Shown: positions 40,919 to 50,125 of the stretch, in pieces
Layout: every line of letters begins with the position of its first letter
Position numbering within the stretch: position 1 is the first letter of the stretch
Assembly: GCA_963668625.2 (NCBI GenBank)
Contig: CAXXKA010000008.1
Span: 1,280,001-1,344,000 of the forward strand
DNA length: 64,000 bases
From: an uncultured candidate division Zixibacteria bacterium
GTDB taxonomy: Bacteria > Zixibacteria > MSB-5A5 > UBA10806 > 4484-95
Direction: 5' to 3'
Notes under the pieces: generated by a model
Seen by the model: the letters and a program-made list of their open reading frames with translations, nothing else
What the model was told of the DNA's origin: nothing
The model's database searches: none
Program-made: the position numbers and the translations under genes

Positions 40919-42055
40919 ATGAAAGATAAACGCAACGAAGTTTTAGCACATCAGTTGATAGACTATTCGACCGAGCTGAAAAAGGGCGAGACATTATATC
41001 TCGAGATAAAGGGCAAAGAGACCCTGGAGCTGGGTAAGGAGATCATCCGCTACGCCACGCAGAAAGGCGCGACAACGTTCTGGTACTATAATGACGAGTC
41101 ACTGCTTCGCCACTGGGTAGGCAACGCCGGTGATGACCAGTTCAAGCGTCAGGCGGAATTACATCTGGAACTGATGAAAAAGTCCGATGCCTATATCGGA
41201 TTGCGTGGTTCGGATAATCCGTTCGATATGGCCGATATCGACCAGAAGCAGACCGAGAAAATGAATTCCCTGTTTTATAAACCGGTTCATCTCGAACAAC
41301 GCGTGAAACGTACTCGCTGGGTGATACTCCGTTTCCCCAATAACGCCATGGCTCAACTGGCCGAGACCAGCCAGGAAAAGTTCGAGGATTTCTACTACCA
41401 GGTCTGCTGTGCCGATTACGCTATGATGTCGAAGGCGCAGGATAAGCTTTACGCCTTGATGGACGCCACCGACAAGGTGCATATCAAGGCTCCCGATACC
41501 GATTTGACTTTCTCGATCAAAGGTATCGGCGTGGTCAAGTGTGATGGCAAACGCAATATCCCCGACGGCGAAGTATATACCGCGCCGGTGAGGGATTCAA
41601 TCAACGGCACTATCAAGTACAATACACCCTCGCTGTACCAGGGTAATATCTACACCGGTATCACGTTCACGTTCGAAAACGGCAAGATAGTTAAAGCCAC
41701 CGCCGATGGTAATGTCGATAAGCTCAATAAAGCTTTGGATACGGACGAAGGCGCGCGTTATATCGGCGAGTTCGCCATAGGTGTCAATCCGTTTATTCTT
41801 TACCCGATGAAGGACACACTCTTTGATGAGAAGATTGCCGGTAGTTTCCATTTCACACCCGGCCAGTGCTACGATGAGGCGCCCAACGGCAACGATTCAG
41901 CCATACACTGGGATCTGGTATTGATTCAACGTCCCGATTACGGTGGCGGCGAGATCTGGTTCGATGACAAGCTGATCCGCAAGGATGGTGTATTCACCGA
42001 TCCCGAGCTGGAGAAGATGTTCTCGAAAGAGAATCTGGGCAGCAAAGAGCTGTAA
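40919..42055 (+). CDS. Aminopeptidase, M29 (AmpS/PepS) family
   Basis: NIPDGEV, GEFAIG, LFDEKI.GSFH, SAIHWD. Confidence 0.93.
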   Translation: MKDKRNEVLAHQLIDYSTELKKGETLYLEIKGKETLELGKEIIRYATQKGATTFWYYNDESLLRHWVGNAGDDQFKRQAELHLELMKKSDAYIGLRGSDNPFDMADIDQKQTEKMNSLFYKPVHLEQRVKRTRWVILRFPNNAMAQLAETSQEKFEDFYYQVCCADYAMMSKAQDKLYALMDATDKVHIKAPDTDLTFSIKGIGVVKCDGKRNIPDGEVYTAPVRDSINGTIKYNTPSLYQGNIYTGITFTFENGKIVKATADGNVDKLNKALDTDEGARYIGEFAIGVNPFILYPMKDTLFDEKIAGSFHFTPGQCYDEAPNGNDSAIHWDLVLIQRPDYGGGEIWFDDKLIRKDGVFTDPELEKMFSKENLGSKEL

Positions 42056-42066
42056 ATAAGTTTTTG

Positions 42067-42193
42067 GTAGGTCAGGCCCACTTGGGGCCTGACTAACCCG
42101 CTGTGGCTGGCAGGCATCCTCGTCTACCGGCTTTCGTTAGCAGGTAGACAAGTCGGGGAACCGCCAGGGCAAGCGAGGACTCACCCTGACCAC
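42067..42193. repeat. REP hairpin plus GTGG-ended REP doublet
   Basis: GTAG-GTCAGGCCC..GGGGCCTGAC at 42067; doublet 42103..42193 similar to 24614..24698. Confidence 0.6.
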
Positions 42194-42214
42194 GCCAATT
42201 ACATTTTTAGGTTG

Positions 42215-42300
42215 GATATATAAATTTTTTGTAGGGGCGTATCGATATACGCCCTTTTTAATGCTTGAGGTTTTAACGCGAGTTACTGCCGTTGATTAGC
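42215..42300 (+). repeat. Direct repeat copy 1 (~87 bp) containing a GTAG-GGGCGTAT..ATACGCCC REP
   Basis: Near-identical to 42551..42638. Confidence 0.9.
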
Positions 42301-42307
42301 TTTTTTT

Positions 42308-42545
42308 CCATCTCGTTGCGAAGCGCTGCTTCGCAACGTGGCTTGTTTGCCTGCAGAATGCGCATTCTACATGACTCAAGAAGGTTTCCAAGCAGCGCTT
42401 GGAAACCAGGAAACTAAGCCTAACATCAGCAGGACATATCAGGATGCATGATACGCTGAATATAATAATTATATCGGAAAATATCTTTTACTGACAATTC
42501 CAAGGAGAAATTTGATATTTACCGAAAAACACCGGACACTGGTGA
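42308..42545 (+). repeat. ~240 bp repeat element, copy 1 (inverted relative to 48271..48506)
   Basis: Contains palindromes CGTTGCGAAGC..GCTTCGCAACG and GGTTTCCAAGC..GCTTGGAAACC; collinear with the reverse complement of 48271..48506. Confidence 0.9.
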
Positions 42546-42550
42546 GGGTA

Positions 42551-42638
42551 GATATATAAATTTTTTGTAGGGGCGTATCGATATACGCCCTTTTAAAATT
42601 CTTGTGGTTTTAACGCAAGTTGCTACCGTTGATTAGCA
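42551..42638 (+). repeat. Direct repeat copy 2
   Basis: Near-identical to 42215..42300; its 3' part recurs near 43855..43890. Confidence 0.9.
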
Positions 42639-42654
42639 TTTCCGCACCCACGGA

Positions 42655-42802
42655 GGGCTTGTTGAAAAAGTCCTTGTTGGATAACGGTGGTGTCAGGAAT
42701 CCATTCCTGACACCTGATTTCATGCGGCATGTCACCGGGAAAGTATGAACTAAGGGCTTCGTCCGCCCAGCGACTCATATAAATGGCTTTTTCAACAACC
42801 CC
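42655..42802. mobile_element. MITE-like element (~148 bp) with 16 bp terminal inverted repeats
   Basis: GGGCTTGTTGAAAAAG ... CTTTTTCAACAACCCC (1 mismatch); internal hairpin GGTGTCAGGAAT-CC-ATTCCTGACACC; no transposase. Confidence 0.7.
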
Positions 42803-42848
42803 ACTGAGGGCGGGGATGGGGTACCATACCTCATGCATCCTTTTTATA

Positions 42849-42877
42849 TTGACAAACATAGTATTATTGCATACTTT
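42849..42877 (+). promoter_or_regulatory. Sigma70 promoter, probably giving a leaderless mRNA
   Basis: TTGACA-17nt-TACTTT; ATG at 42883, 5 nt after the -10 box; no RBS. Confidence 0.55.
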
Positions 42878-42882
42878 AAGAT

Positions 42883-43305
42883 ATGATTGTAAGGATCGTG
42901 GTATTCATACTTTTCTACTGCGCTATGGTGACATTTTCACCGATGGTGAAATTTTGCATCTGTAAAGACGGCGTACCGCCCTGTGCGAAGAGCAAGAATG
43001 TAAAATCAGATAGCGTGCATAAGTCGTGTTGCTCGAAGACCTCCGGATGTAAAGCCGAGGTAGCGAAAGAAAAGACATGCGATCAGAATAAAGCCTTACG
43101 TTGTTTGAAATGCACTAAATCATTCTATGCAATATTTCAGGAATATGCTGATATTACGGTATATGATAACTCACCGGATAATGGCTCTGCTTTTAACGAA
43201 AGTTCAAGTGATTTAATTGTATTTATATCATCCAAGCTTATCAAGAAGCCACCTGGCAGATTGAATCTGCACTCGCATATAGAATCAACGGTTCTTCGAT
43301 GTTGA
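42883..43305 (+). CDS. Cys-rich exported protein with CC and C-terminal PP..LR motifs (HYC_CC_PP-like)
   Basis: N-terminal hydrophobic segment, FCIC, SCC, CLKC, KKPPG..VLRC. Confidence 0.65.
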   Translation: MIVRIVVFILFYCAMVTFSPMVKFCICKDGVPPCAKSKNVKSDSVHKSCCSKTSGCKAEVAKEKTCDQNKALRCLKCTKSFYAIFQEYADITVYDNSPDNGSAFNESSSDLIVFISSKLIKKPPGRLNLHSHIESTVLRC

Positions 43306-43417
43306 GAATATAACTAGCAGTATAATAAACTCATAATATGAATGTAAGTTTATGCATCTATCGTTCACTGGCATATATACATTCATGAAATTAAAAATAA
43401 TAACTGGAGTTCTTACG

Positions 43418-43771
43418 ATGAAAATAAAATACGTTTTCTACATGTTACTGCCGCTGTTGTTGTTAACGGTAATCTATGCTGATGGGATTAAAACCACCTC
43501 GCAAACATCTGATATTAAATCTAAAACTACGGTTAATACCACATGCGAAAAGCCATGCCTACAGAAAGTCAATTGCCCCCATGGCGATACCTGTACATGC
43601 GGTGAGGTTTGCAAAAGCGGGAATGCCTGCAAAGCCGACAGCACCTGTCAGCACGTGAAACCGGAGAATTGCCCCAAAAAAGCATCGACTAAAGATACAT
43701 CGACTAAAAAGGCGACCACCGCTATAAAATGTGATCCCACGAAATGTGGCGGTTGCACGGGGCATAAGTAA
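43418..43771 (+). CDS. Secreted Cys-rich metallothionein-like protein
   Basis: GGAG RBS, signal peptide, 12 Cys plus 3 His in the C-terminal ~75 aa, no aromatic residues in the mature part. Confidence 0.7.
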   Translation: MKIKYVFYMLLPLLLLTVIYADGIKTTSQTSDIKSKTTVNTTCEKPCLQKVNCPHGDTCTCGEVCKSGNACKADSTCQHVKPENCPKKASTKDTSTKKATTAIKCDPTKCGGCTGHK

Positions 43772-43805
43772 AGTAATAGGTAATTTCCAAATTTGATTGT
43801 GACGG

Positions 43806-43834
43806 GCCGGAGGTGTTTGCCTCCGGCTTTTTTT
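43806..43834 (+). terminator. Intrinsic terminator
   Basis: GCCGGAGG-TGTTTG-CCTCCGGC followed by T7. Confidence 0.85.
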
Positions 43835-44106
43835 GTGTAGATCAAAACCCCCGCGGTTTTAACGCGTGTTACTATTGTTGATTGGCATTCCCGCCCTCCC
43901 GCTTATGGCGGGGATAGGGCACCGTGATTGCATATAGCAAGTATTAGTAGCTCACATTGTTGGGTGTCGATCTAAGATTGCCCCGTTTGTTGATCGTAAA
44001 TAATCTATGCTATTGATTAAACGTCTTGCGGGATGGTCTTAGACCATCCCCTATGGATATTGTGTTTTGATTATTCTATTACTTGTTGTAATCGAATAAT
44101 AATTGT

Positions 44107-44135
44107 AAAAAAGGGCGTATGCGATACGCCCCTAC
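44107..44135 (-). repeat. REP hairpin doubling as terminator of the E1 gene
   Basis: Minus strand reads GTAGGGGCGTATCGCATACGCCCTTTTTT. Confidence 0.75.
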
Positions 44136-44219
44136 GCGTGAAATCTAATGTTAATCAATCACATTTTAAAATTCTTAAGAGCGTCAAAACCGCAGGGATT
44201 TTGACCTGCTCAAGATACT

Positions 44220-46508
44220 CTAATACTCCAGCAAATCCTCAACCACCTCTATAATTTTATAGGGCTGGGGCAGGCAGATGTTGTCGCCGTCCTCGCCGTA
44301 GGCTACTCGGGCATCCTGCGCCGTTAGCAGGCGAACCGGGCCGTCAAGATAATCAAACAGGTTGGCGCCAATGTAAGCCGCTATGGTCGGCCCTACACCA
44401 CCGTGATACCTGTCCTCGGAGACCACCACAACTTTCGAGATGTCTTTTAACGTCTCCTCGATGGTGCCCCAATCGATGGGCTTTACCGTGCGTAGATCGA
44501 TCACCCTGGCTTTGATATTTTTACTCTCCAGATCGCGGGCGACTTTCAGGCACATCGGCAGAGTTATACCGTAGCTGATAATAGCGATATCCTCCGCCTC
44601 GGGGTTGTAGACTTTCGCCTTACCGAACGGTATAAGCTCCTCGATAGGCGGGTATTTGGCCATTATGTTATAGCCCTCCCAATCTCGACGGTTATACAAT
44701 GCGACCGCCTCGCAGAACATGGCGGGATCGCCGGAGACATAGGCGGTACGCAGTAACCCGGCGGCATCATGGGCGTTCGAGGGTATCAACACATGCAGGC
44801 CGGGGATATTGATATAAGTACCGAGATTGGCCTCGGAATGCCACATCGCGCCTGCGCCCTGCTTGTAGCCGCCATATGAGGTACGGATCACCATCGGCAT
44901 TTTTATTTGCGCGTTGGATCGCTGATAGGTGGTGGCGATTCTATCCTTAAGCTGCTGATAGCCGGGACTCATGTAATCGATAAACTGCACCTCAGGAAAC
45001 GGAACTCGACCTTGATAAGCGTGCCCGACAGCGCGGCCGAGAATACCAGCCTCATCGAGCTGAGTGTTGTAAACCCTATCGATGCCGAATGCTCGCTGAA
45101 GGTTTTTGGTGGTAAGGAATACTCCACCTTTGCCTTTGAGTTTATCCATCACCTGATCGCCTTTATTAAACACCTCCCTGGCGAAATCAGCGACATCCTC
45201 ACCGAAAAGCACGGTGTCATCCGAGAGCATGAATATATCGAACAGGGCATAATTAATTGCCGTGCGCATAGTCATCTCAGGCTGGTTCTCTGGAAGACCG
45301 GGTGATTTGAAAAATCCCCGTTCGTGAAATTCTATATATTTCCTCTCGCGTACACTACCGCGTTCATCCACCAGTCGTTTCCACAAGCTCTCGGCATTTT
45401 CAGGTTTGTAGCTATAGACCTTGCCCAGGACATCACTGGTTTTCTTGAGTCGAATGTCTTTAGTGACCTCGGCGGAGGTTCTACTCACCTCGGAGTCTAT
45501 GTCATTATAGATTTTCACCAGTTTCTCGGTCGTAAACAGACCGTCCTGTATGAGTTGTTTGGCCATCATGCGGAGCGGATCGTTTTTGATATGATAGCTT
45601 TGTTCTTTTAACTCCATATAATGAGATTGATCATCACTACCCGAATGCGAATCCTCGCGGGTTACATTTATGTTGGCTATGGCCGGGCCTTTACCTTTTC
45701 GGGTATAATCTACCATGCGCTTGACCGCCGCCAACGACTGCTTGATATCGGTTCCATCGAAGTTTTCGATTTTCAGACCGAAACGTTGATAACCTTCGAA
45801 TGATGTCGTTGGGTTACCCTCGGGGAACTGCTCGTTGACACTGGTTGAGATTGCCCAGCCGCAGTTATAGATAGCGTAAATATTACGAGTATTGTTGTAC
45901 ACGGAATAAAACACTGCCCGATGGAATTCAGGTGAGGAGGTTGCGCCTTCACCGATCGAGCAACAGACTATAGAGTTGCTTTTGTACCGTCCGTTTCTGA
46001 TACCGGCCGGGCCTTTTATCCGTGTAGGATTTATGATAGCCTCGCCTAATCCGGCGGCCTCGAGGGCGTGCGAGCCAGTGGGGGAGGCCTGCGGCAATAT
46101 CGCCAGCTCGGGGTACGAGGAGTGGGCCGGTTGAAGCTGTCCGCCGGTAGATTCCGAACGGACATCCCCGACAGCCTCGTATATTTTCTGCTTTATGGAT
46201 ACGCCCCGGTACAGATCGAACGCTTTATTGCGGTAGTAACCGGCGAACGGATCATCCTTTTTAAGCGCGCCGGCCAGGACAACATCGATCAGTTCTTTGC
46301 CGCCACAGCCTATGAAAAACCGACACAGTCCGCGCCTGAGGAGGATTTTCTCCTCCAACTCGATTCGCCTTGCCAGCACCATCGTTTTATACATCTTCTC
46401 GAGCGCCTTTAAAGTGACACCTGAATATTCTTTATCGAATTTGGTTTTGGTGATTTTTTTGCCGGGTTTTAATTCTTTTATCCAATCGCGTATTTCGAGG
46501 TAGGCCAT
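44220..46508 (-). CDS. 2-oxoacid dehydrogenase E1, fused alpha and beta subunits
   Basis: TPP motif GEGATS..N..WAIST, HSGSDD, FGEDV, GAMWHS, VIDLRT. Confidence 0.9.
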   Translation of the reverse strand: MAYLEIRDWIKELKPGKKITKTKFDKEYSGVTLKALEKMYKTMVLARRIELEEKILLRRGLCRFFIGCGGKELIDVVLAGALKKDDPFAGYYRNKAFDLYRGVSIKQKIYEAVGDVRSESTGGQLQPAHSSYPELAILPQASPTGSHALEAAGLGEAIINPTRIKGPAGIRNGRYKSNSIVCCSIGEGATSSPEFHRAVFYSVYNNTRNIYAIYNCGWAISTSVNEQFPEGNPTTSFEGYQRFGLKIENFDGTDIKQSLAAVKRMVDYTRKGKGPAIANINVTREDSHSGSDDQSHYMELKEQSYHIKNDPLRMMAKQLIQDGLFTTEKLVKIYNDIDSEVSRTSAEVTKDIRLKKTSDVLGKVYSYKPENAESLWKRLVDERGSVRERKYIEFHERGFFKSPGLPENQPEMTMRTAINYALFDIFMLSDDTVLFGEDVADFAREVFNKGDQVMDKLKGKGGVFLTTKNLQRAFGIDRVYNTQLDEAGILGRAVGHAYQGRVPFPEVQFIDYMSPGYQQLKDRIATTYQRSNAQIKMPMVIRTSYGGYKQGAGAMWHSEANLGTYINIPGLHVLIPSNAHDAAGLLRTAYVSGDPAMFCEAVALYNRRDWEGYNIMAKYPPIEELIPFGKAKVYNPEAEDIAIISYGITLPMCLKVARDLESKNIKARVIDLRTVKPIDWGTIEETLKDISKVVVVSEDRYHGGVGPTIAAYIGANLFDYLDGPVRLLTAQDARVAYGEDGDNICLPQPYKIIEVVEDLLEY

Positions 46509-46858
46509 TATTTATCTCCGTAGATTTACACTAGACTTTTAGATCGCCGGGTTAAGGTCGAATATATAATCTCTGTTTATAACAAAATCAATGGAAATGT
46601 GGTTTCCGGGGATTTGGGATGAAGGATATGCTTTCAGGGGCTATAAAAACGGATTGATTCGCCTTATTAAACGATTCTACCTCAGGCTTCCAGCCCCGAG
46701 GTGGGACACCCTGAGTATGAACGTACAATTAGGATAAATCTGCCAACTCATGCTGTCTGCCCGGGGGCGTATTCGATACGCTTCTACAGCTCATGTTTAA
46801 CTAACTGCTAAAATATAATGGAGTATGTAATTCTATGAATTTCATAACCTGTGAAAAG

Positions 46859-46885
46859 AAAAAGGGCGCATTAAATACGCCCTTT
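46859..46885 (-). terminator. REP-derived hairpin acting as terminator of fbaB
   Basis: AAAGGGCG..CGCCCTTT, with a T run on the minus strand. Confidence 0.7.
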
Positions 46886-46909
46886 CGGAGATAAAATCGT
46901 AATCTTTGT

Positions 46910-47959
46910 TTAGGCTATGGTCACGCCTTTATCGAGGTAGACATCCTGAACGGCATTGATCAGTTTGACACCCTCGGCCATGGGGCGCTGGAATGCTTTC
47001 CTGCCCATGATCATCCCCATACCGCCGGCGCGTTTGTTAATCACCGAGGTGCGTACGGCATCCTGAAGATCGTTGGAACCTGATCCGCCGCCGGAGTTGA
47101 TCAGCCCGGCCCGTCCCATGTAGCAGTTTGCTACCTGGTAGCGGGTGAGGTCAATCGGGTGATCCGAGGTTAACTCGGTATAAACCTTCTCGTCAGTTTT
47201 ACCGAAATTGATCGCTGTATAACCGCCGTTGTTGGTCGGCGCTTTCTGCTTGATAATATCAGCCTCGATAGTTACGCCTAGATGATTGGCCTGGCCGGTT
47301 AAATCGGCTGAGGTGTGATAGTCTTTATCGGCTTTGAACGCTGTATTTCGCAGGTACGACCAGAGAATCGTGACCATGCCCAACTCATGGGCGGCCTGGA
47401 AAGCCTCTGATATCTCGATAATCTGCCGATTTGATGTTTCATGCCCGAAATAGATCGTTGCGCCAACTGCCACCGCGCCAAGCTCGAACGCCTGTTCGAC
47501 ACTGGCGAACAGTATCTGGTCGGGATGTGCCGGATAGGTTAGTAGCTCATTATGGTTGATTTTTACGATAAACGGTATTTTATGCGCGTATTTGCGGGAC
47601 ATTATCCCCAGCACGCCCAGTGTCGAGGCTACGCCGTTGCAGCCGCCCTCGAGACCCAGCTTGATTATGTTCTCCGGATCGAAATAGGCCGGATTAGGCG
47701 CGAATGAAGCGCCACCGGAGTGTTCGATACCCTGGTCTACCGGCAGGATGGAGAGATAGCCCGATCCGCTCAAGCGGCCGTGATCGAACAACGACTGCAT
47801 ATTGCGTAATACCGGCGTTGTTCTATCCGAGTATAGCTGTACCCTGTCGACGAAGTCCGGACCTGGCACGTGAAGCTGATCTTTCGAGATTGTTTTACTG
47901 GTGTGATTTAATAGGTATTCGGCATCCTTACCGAGAATTTCCTGAATATTATTAGCCAT
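46910..47959 (-). CDS. fbaB: Class I fructose-bisphosphate aldolase
   Basis: [38 protein letters not shown]. Confidence 0.95.
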   Translation of the reverse strand: MANNIQEILGKDAEYLLNHTSKTISKDQLHVPGPDFVDRVQLYSDRTTPVLRNMQSLFDHGRLSGSGYLSILPVDQGIEHSGGASFAPNPAYFDPENIIKLGLEGGCNGVASTLGVLGIMSRKYAHKIPFIVKINHNELLTYPAHPDQILFASVEQAFELGAVAVGATIYFGHETSNRQIIEISEAFQAAHELGMVTILWSYLRNTAFKADKDYHTSADLTGQANHLGVTIEADIIKQKAPTNNGGYTAINFGKTDEKVYTELTSDHPIDLTRYQVANCYMGRAGLINSGGGSGSNDLQDAVRTSVINKRAGGMGMIMGRKAFQRPMAEGVKLINAVQDVYLDKGVTIA

Positions 47960-48270
47960 TTTTCCCTCCATTTAGGTTGGCATTATTTTCTGCTTTACCT
48001 GATATTAAATATTTAGTCGATACTTAAGTTCCCACGAAATAACAAAGTAGGCATAGTTAAGCATCACATTTAGTTATCGGATAAATCCGTACTATTTTGA
48101 GTATAATTTATCAGGTGGTATTTTAGTGTGGAGGGAGGACATGTTCATTAGTGTTAAGACAAGATATTTAAGGGCAGTATGCCCACGCTACGAAATTGCT
48201 CTTGATGCTATAAAATACAGGTTTAGCCGGTGTGTACATATACAGCGAAGCTTTTATATTTTAGATCATA

Positions 48271-48506
48271 TCACTAGTGTCCGGTGTTTTTCAGTAAATT
48301 TTAAAATCTCCTTGGAATTGTTAGTGAAAGATGTTTTCCGATATAATTATATATTCAGCGTATCATGCATCCTGATATGTCCTGCCTATGTTAGGCTTAG
48401 TTCCCTGGTTTCCAAGCGCTGCCTGGAAACCTTCTTGTGTCATGTAGAATGCGCATTTTGCCGGCCCAAAAGTCACGTTGCGAAGCAGCGCTTCGCAACG
48501 AGATGG
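48271..48506 (-). repeat. ~240 bp repeat element, copy 2
   Basis: Reverse complement aligns with 42308..42545 with scattered substitutions. Confidence 0.9.
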
Positions 48507-48743
48507 GAAGGCCGGACAATGGTGAGATCATATAAGACAATACTAACAGCGCTGGCAGTCAGTCGCTTTCATTATATAAAGCGTAGAAAGACAGTCCTTC
48601 AGAGGCTGTCCTGAAAGTATGGTGCCTTTGGCCGGCGGCAGTTAATTTAATGTCACTACATATTTTCTTCCAAAACCCTTAGCAAGATAATATAATATCA
48701 AAATCTAATAGAAAATACTTACTTCTAATACAGGAGACCTGTT

Positions 48744-49091
48744 ATGGCGATCGATAAAGACCTTTTAGTCATGATAAAATCTAACGGGTTGGGTGATGGC
48801 GAACCTGATCTGGGCGAGAAACTGATGAAAGCCTGGTTGGAGCAACTCTGGGAATCGGGCGCGCGGCCCTCGATTATAGCTTTCCTTAACAGCGGGGTAT
48901 TTCTCACCACCGAGGATTCGCCCGTGATCGATTTGCTTGAAAAGTTTTCCGATAGCGGGACTCGCATACTATCCTGCGGTACCTGTCTGGCCTATTATGA
49001 TAGAACCGAAAAGTTGCTGGTCGGCGAGCCTACTAACATGAAAGATACAGTCGGCAGTATGTTAAGCTATAAGAAGATATTAGCTCCCTAG
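48744..49091 (+). CDS. DsrE-family / YedF-like sulfurtransferase (selenium metabolism-associated)
   Basis: G.G...LG.KLM, F.NSGV.L, ILSCGTCL.YY, VG..TNM. Confidence 0.82.
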   Translation: MAIDKDLLVMIKSNGLGDGEPDLGEKLMKAWLEQLWESGARPSIIAFLNSGVFLTTEDSPVIDLLEKFSDSGTRILSCGTCLAYYDRTEKLLVGEPTNMKDTVGSMLSYKKILAP

Positions 49092-49128
49092 CAAAATTAA
49101 GTAGCTCTGAATAAGAGCCTATTATTAA

Positions 49129-49165
49129 CGGATTGCTTCGTCCGCTATACTCTCTCGCAATGACA
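49129..49165. repeat. Fragment of a GTCATTGCGAG..CGAAGCAATC-type intergenic repeat
   Basis: GGATTGCTTCGTC...CTCGCAATGAC between convergent genes. Confidence 0.5.
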
Positions 49166-49184
49166 GGTAATGCTGTTTATGCTA

Positions 49185-50000
49185 TTAGCTGGCGGCGTTT
49201 CGAACTGTACGTTTCTGAATTATATCACCCTTGATAGAGATCAATACGCTTTCCATCGGTATATCTCTGCCGGAACTCGCCAAAGCTTGCTCGGTTATTT
49301 TCACCATTCCCATACAACAGGGTACCTCCATATATACCACGGTAACCGATCTTGGTTTACCCTCGGCAATTATCCGCGCGATTTTATCGAGGTATGCGTT
49401 TACATCATCCAGTTTGGGACAACCTATCGCTATGGCTTTATCCTTTACGAAATCCTCCTGGAAGTTGCCATATGCGAACGCCACACAATCGGCGATAATC
49501 ATCAAGTTAGCGTCTTTGAAATATGGCGCGTTCGGCGGCAAAAGGTGAAGTTGAACCGGCCACTGTCGTAATTGCGAGAGCTGTATGTTTTTCGTTGATG
49601 TCACGGGCGGTTCCTCGCCGGTAATCCACTGCATCATTTTAGAACCCGGGCAGGCAGGCGGCGCGATTGTTTTCGTATCTTCGGTAATCCTGTTGATTTC
49701 ATCTTTGTGTTTGTCGATATGCTTATAATGATTACCGAGTTGATCGGGAGAATTACGCTTTATATGACTTACCACTCCACCCGCATCATAGTATTCAACA
49801 TCGCGTTCAACGATATGCAGAGCGTTCTCGGGGCAATCACCCAGGCAGGCGCCTAAGCCATCACAGAAAGTTTCTTTCACCAGCCGGGCTTTGCCATCGA
49901 TTATTTGAAGTGCCCCTTCCGGGCAGGCAGGTATACATAAGCCACAACCATTACATTTATCCTCGTCTATCCGGATAATATTTCTTTTTATTTTAGCCAT
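49185..50000 (-). CDS. 4Fe-4S dicluster protein (Hcp/HcpR-associated family)
   Basis: CNGCGLCIPACP, CDGLGACLGDCP, CPGS, SQLRQWPVQLHL, GCPKLDD, MEVPCC. Confidence 0.88.
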   Translation of the reverse strand: MAKIKRNIIRIDEDKCNGCGLCIPACPEGALQIIDGKARLVKETFCDGLGACLGDCPENALHIVERDVEYYDAGGVVSHIKRNSPDQLGNHYKHIDKHKDEINRITEDTKTIAPPACPGSKMMQWITGEEPPVTSTKNIQLSQLRQWPVQLHLLPPNAPYFKDANLMIIADCVAFAYGNFQEDFVKDKAIAIGCPKLDDVNAYLDKIARIIAEGKPRSVTVVYMEVPCCMGMVKITEQALASSGRDIPMESVLISIKGDIIQKRTVRNAAS

Positions 50001-50059
50001 ATCGTTCTCCAATATCTTTGTATTTAATTCAAATATCGGCCAAACAAAGGACGTGATCC

Positions 50060-50073
50060 TTGACATAGATCAA
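50060..50073. promoter_or_regulatory. FNR/DNR/HcpR-type box
   Basis: TTGAC-ATAG-ATCAA, one mismatch to TTGAT-N4-ATCAA, between divergent genes. Confidence 0.7.
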
Positions 50074-50125
50074 CGATTGCAAAAAAGGGTGGATTTAAAC
50101 GTATTTATCAATTAATATCTATGAT

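Noticed and set aside
42056-44210. Possible CRISPR array
   Set aside because: The repeats are palindromic REP/MITE types, irregularly spaced and in both orientations, with no repeat-spacer periodicity and no cas genes.
48126-48614. 162 aa ORF
   Set aside because: It runs through the 240 bp repeat and has no recognisable motifs, so it is probably spurious.
48598-48620. GAGGCTGTCCTGAAAGT resembling an IS end
   Set aside because: No partner inverted repeat or transposase found.
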